A stretch of DNA of 32,000 bases from Nitrososphaerota archaeon. Lineage in GTDB: Archaea > Thermoproteota > Nitrososphaeria > Nitrososphaerales > UBA57. The translations under genes and the position numbers were made by a program. Within the stretch, counting starts at the first letter, position 1; each line of letters opens with the position of its first letter. The DNA is taken from NCBI GenBank assembly GCA_002713205.1, contig PAVW01000020.1, forward strand, positions 1 through 32,000. Direction: 5' to 3'. Shown here piece by piece: positions 30,555-32,000 of this stretch. Under the pieces are notes generated by a model. It searched no databases and was not told where the DNA came from. It saw only the letters and a list, made by a program, of their open reading frames with translations.

Positions 30555-32000
30555 TTATTTGTGCGGGTATTCTATTAGAGATGTGGAATTACATTCAATA
30601 CATTTTTCTGCGGAATGTACATTTTTCTTCGCACATGAAATGCATACTTTCATTTTGTGATAAAATTTAAAGAATGGTATTCTTTTCCCGGTTTTTTTTG
30701 CGATTTCAATAATATTTTTTGCATTTAAATCAGTCACGTTTATTGACACTGAAAATCCTCCTTTGTACCTTTCTATGAATGTTCCAATATTATCTATTGT
30801 ATCTGTCTCACTTGGATTTATAATAATTGATTGTGAATATGAATTGTCTTGATTTTCTGTCTTTACTCGCGCCTTGCCAAATTTATCTGTGTCAAGAAGA
30901 GCAAATCTCATACTTGATCCATCTGAAATTGTGGAAATCCCATATTCTTCGCCTAATTCTTTGCTTGCCGAAGCAATTTCTTCGTTTGCTGTATCTAAAA
31001 TCTTTGAAATAAGTTTAGCTTTTTCTTTTCCTGTAGCTTTTGAATCGGTTAGTATATCTATTGATTCATTTAATCCTGTAAAGTTAATAATTAAAGGAAT
31101 TTTTTGATTGGAAATAATTCCACTATTCATACGTAATAATGGCAAAAGATCTTTTCCTACCATGTCGTCTATGATTTCTCTCCTTGTTGAAAGTGCTGAA
31201 ATAGCTATTTTTAATATGAGATTCACTTTTGCTCTGAAATATATATCGTCTCTATTTGATTCATATGCTAATCGCGGTAAATTTATTGATAGTGAATGCA
31301 GTGCTATTCCCCCTCCGGCTTGTTTTTTATTATTTATTGATTTACTAATTCCTAATAAACTGAAACAAGTTTTTTCATTACTGTTTATTGCTATATATCC
31401 TCCATTTTTTATAACTGGAATAATTTTATTCAGTATATCATTATCTGATTTCTTCCAATCCACCGCTATAATTAAACCCACTTTTGGAATTGCAGTTGAT
31501 TTGATATATTCAAAATATGATTCTAATATTACTTTATTTATTTTTGTTATTTTTTTACCATCATTTTTATAATTCTTTGATATTGATAAATCTAAACTAA
31601 TAAATGGTCCGTCAACTTCTGCTACAACTTGAGAAATCATTTTTATCATTTGCGTAAGATTATCTTTTATATCCGCCATTGATTGATTGTCAGTGTATTT
31701 TAGTATGTAATCTAAAAAATTATTATAAATAATTTCTGAATTTATTTCTTTTTTTAATTCTGATGTTAACAAAACTATGTTTGCTAATGCGTCATTTAGT
31801 TTATTTGGCATTATTATTTTTACTGAATTTAGTAATTTTCCTTGTAATTGTATGCCTTGTGCAGGTAATGAATTTAAATCTATGAATACATTATCTGGTT
31901 TTAATCCCCAAGCGCCCAAGTTTGAAATATGTATGTCTCCTGATAAATGTGCATCTGTAATATCTCTCGTTAATTGATTTAATAATAAATATTCAGAAAA
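30555..32000 (-). CDS. NrdD-like (class III anaerobic RNR-like) protein, 5' end cut by window edge; C-terminal zinc ribbon but no recognisable glycyl-radical motif
   Basis: The frame stays open from 31919 to nt 32000 (FSEYLLLNQLTRDITDAHLSGDIHISNLGAWG...), so the TTG at 31919 is not the start. AHLSGDIHISNL resembles NrdD H..G.IHIHDL. TCFSLLG...GGGIALHSLSINLPRLAYES resembles the NrdD GCRSFLG...(V/I)(T/S)LNLPRIA region. C-terminus CISCAKK-x8-CIECN, then only 11 residues (STSLIEYPHK). Confidence 0.65.
   Translation of the reverse strand, partial: FSEYLLLNQLTRDITDAHLSGDIHISNLGAWGLKPDNVFIDLNSLPAQGIQLQGKLLNSVKIIMPNKLNDALANIVLLTSELKKEINSEIIYNNFLDYILKYTDNQSMADIKDNLTQMIKMISQVVAEVDGPFISLDLSISKNYKNDGKKITKINKVILESYFEYIKSTAIPKVGLIIAVDWKKSDNDILNKIIPVIKNGGYIAINSNEKTCFSLLGISKSINNKKQAGGGIALHSLSINLPRLAYESNRDDIYFRAKVNLILKIAISALSTRREIIDDMVGKDLLPLLRMNSGIISNQKIPLIINFTGLNESIDILTDSKATGKEKAKLISKILDTANEEIASASKELGEEYGISTISDGSSMRFALLDTDKFGKARVKTENQDNSYSQSIIINPSETDTIDNIGTFIERYKGGFSVSINVTDLNAKNIIEIAKKTGKRIPFFKFYHKMKVCISCAKKNVHSAEKCIECNSTSLIEYPHK

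Noticed and set aside
1-32000. Scanned for rRNA, tRNA, CRISPR arrays, transposases, integrases, toxin-antitoxin pairs and defence-system genes.
   Set aside because: No intergenic region is long or GC-rich enough for a tRNA or rRNA. There are no spaced direct-repeat arrays. No ORF shows transposase, integrase or nuclease-helicase signatures apart from the solitary Mut7-C/PIN-like gene, which has no adjacent partner ORF.

Overview
AT-rich archaeal chromosomal segment (GC judged by eye at about one third). Gene content fits a marine thaumarchaeon (Nitrososphaeria): A1Ao-type ATP synthase subunits F, E, A, B, D and c, an archaeal Elp3, a B12-dependent class II RNR, a small blue-copper protein, and no haem-c (CxxCH) motif that I could see. 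The taxon call is inference only; no search was possible. The left ~17 kb holds six paralogous PQQ-type (quinoprotein) beta-propeller dehydrogenases (five complete at 677-763 aa), on both strands. Each complete copy has an N-terminal signal sequence, and all six have a low-complexity acidic or Pro-rich stalk and a C-terminal TM anchor. Paralog 1 runs off the left edge. They are interrupted only by a Mut7-C/PIN-like RNase gene, a membrane-anchored Pro/Ala-linker plus NTF2-like protein, elp3 and a coiled-coil membrane protein. The right half carries a scattered A-ATPase gene set (atpF ... atpE ... atpA-atpB-atpD-small ORF-atpK) interleaved with an Mrp/ApbC Fe-S carrier, an MFS transporter, a polytopic membrane protein and an amicyanin-like cupredoxin. 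Then come divergent pyrI/pyrB, nrdJ, and a NrdD-like gene that runs off the right edge and appears to lack a glycyl-radical motif. No rRNA, tRNA, CRISPR array, transposase or integrase was recognised. Main points for follow-up: (1) the PQQ-dehydrogenase cluster as an extracytoplasmic oxidation module with no obvious cytochrome partner; (2) a lanthanide-type D-x-D active-site signature in four paralogs and loss of the catalytic Asp in two; (3) near-identical DNA tracts between paralogs, suggesting gene conversion; (4) shared stalk, anchor and terminator modules; (5) the cupredoxin as a candidate electron acceptor; (6) the NrdD-like protein.
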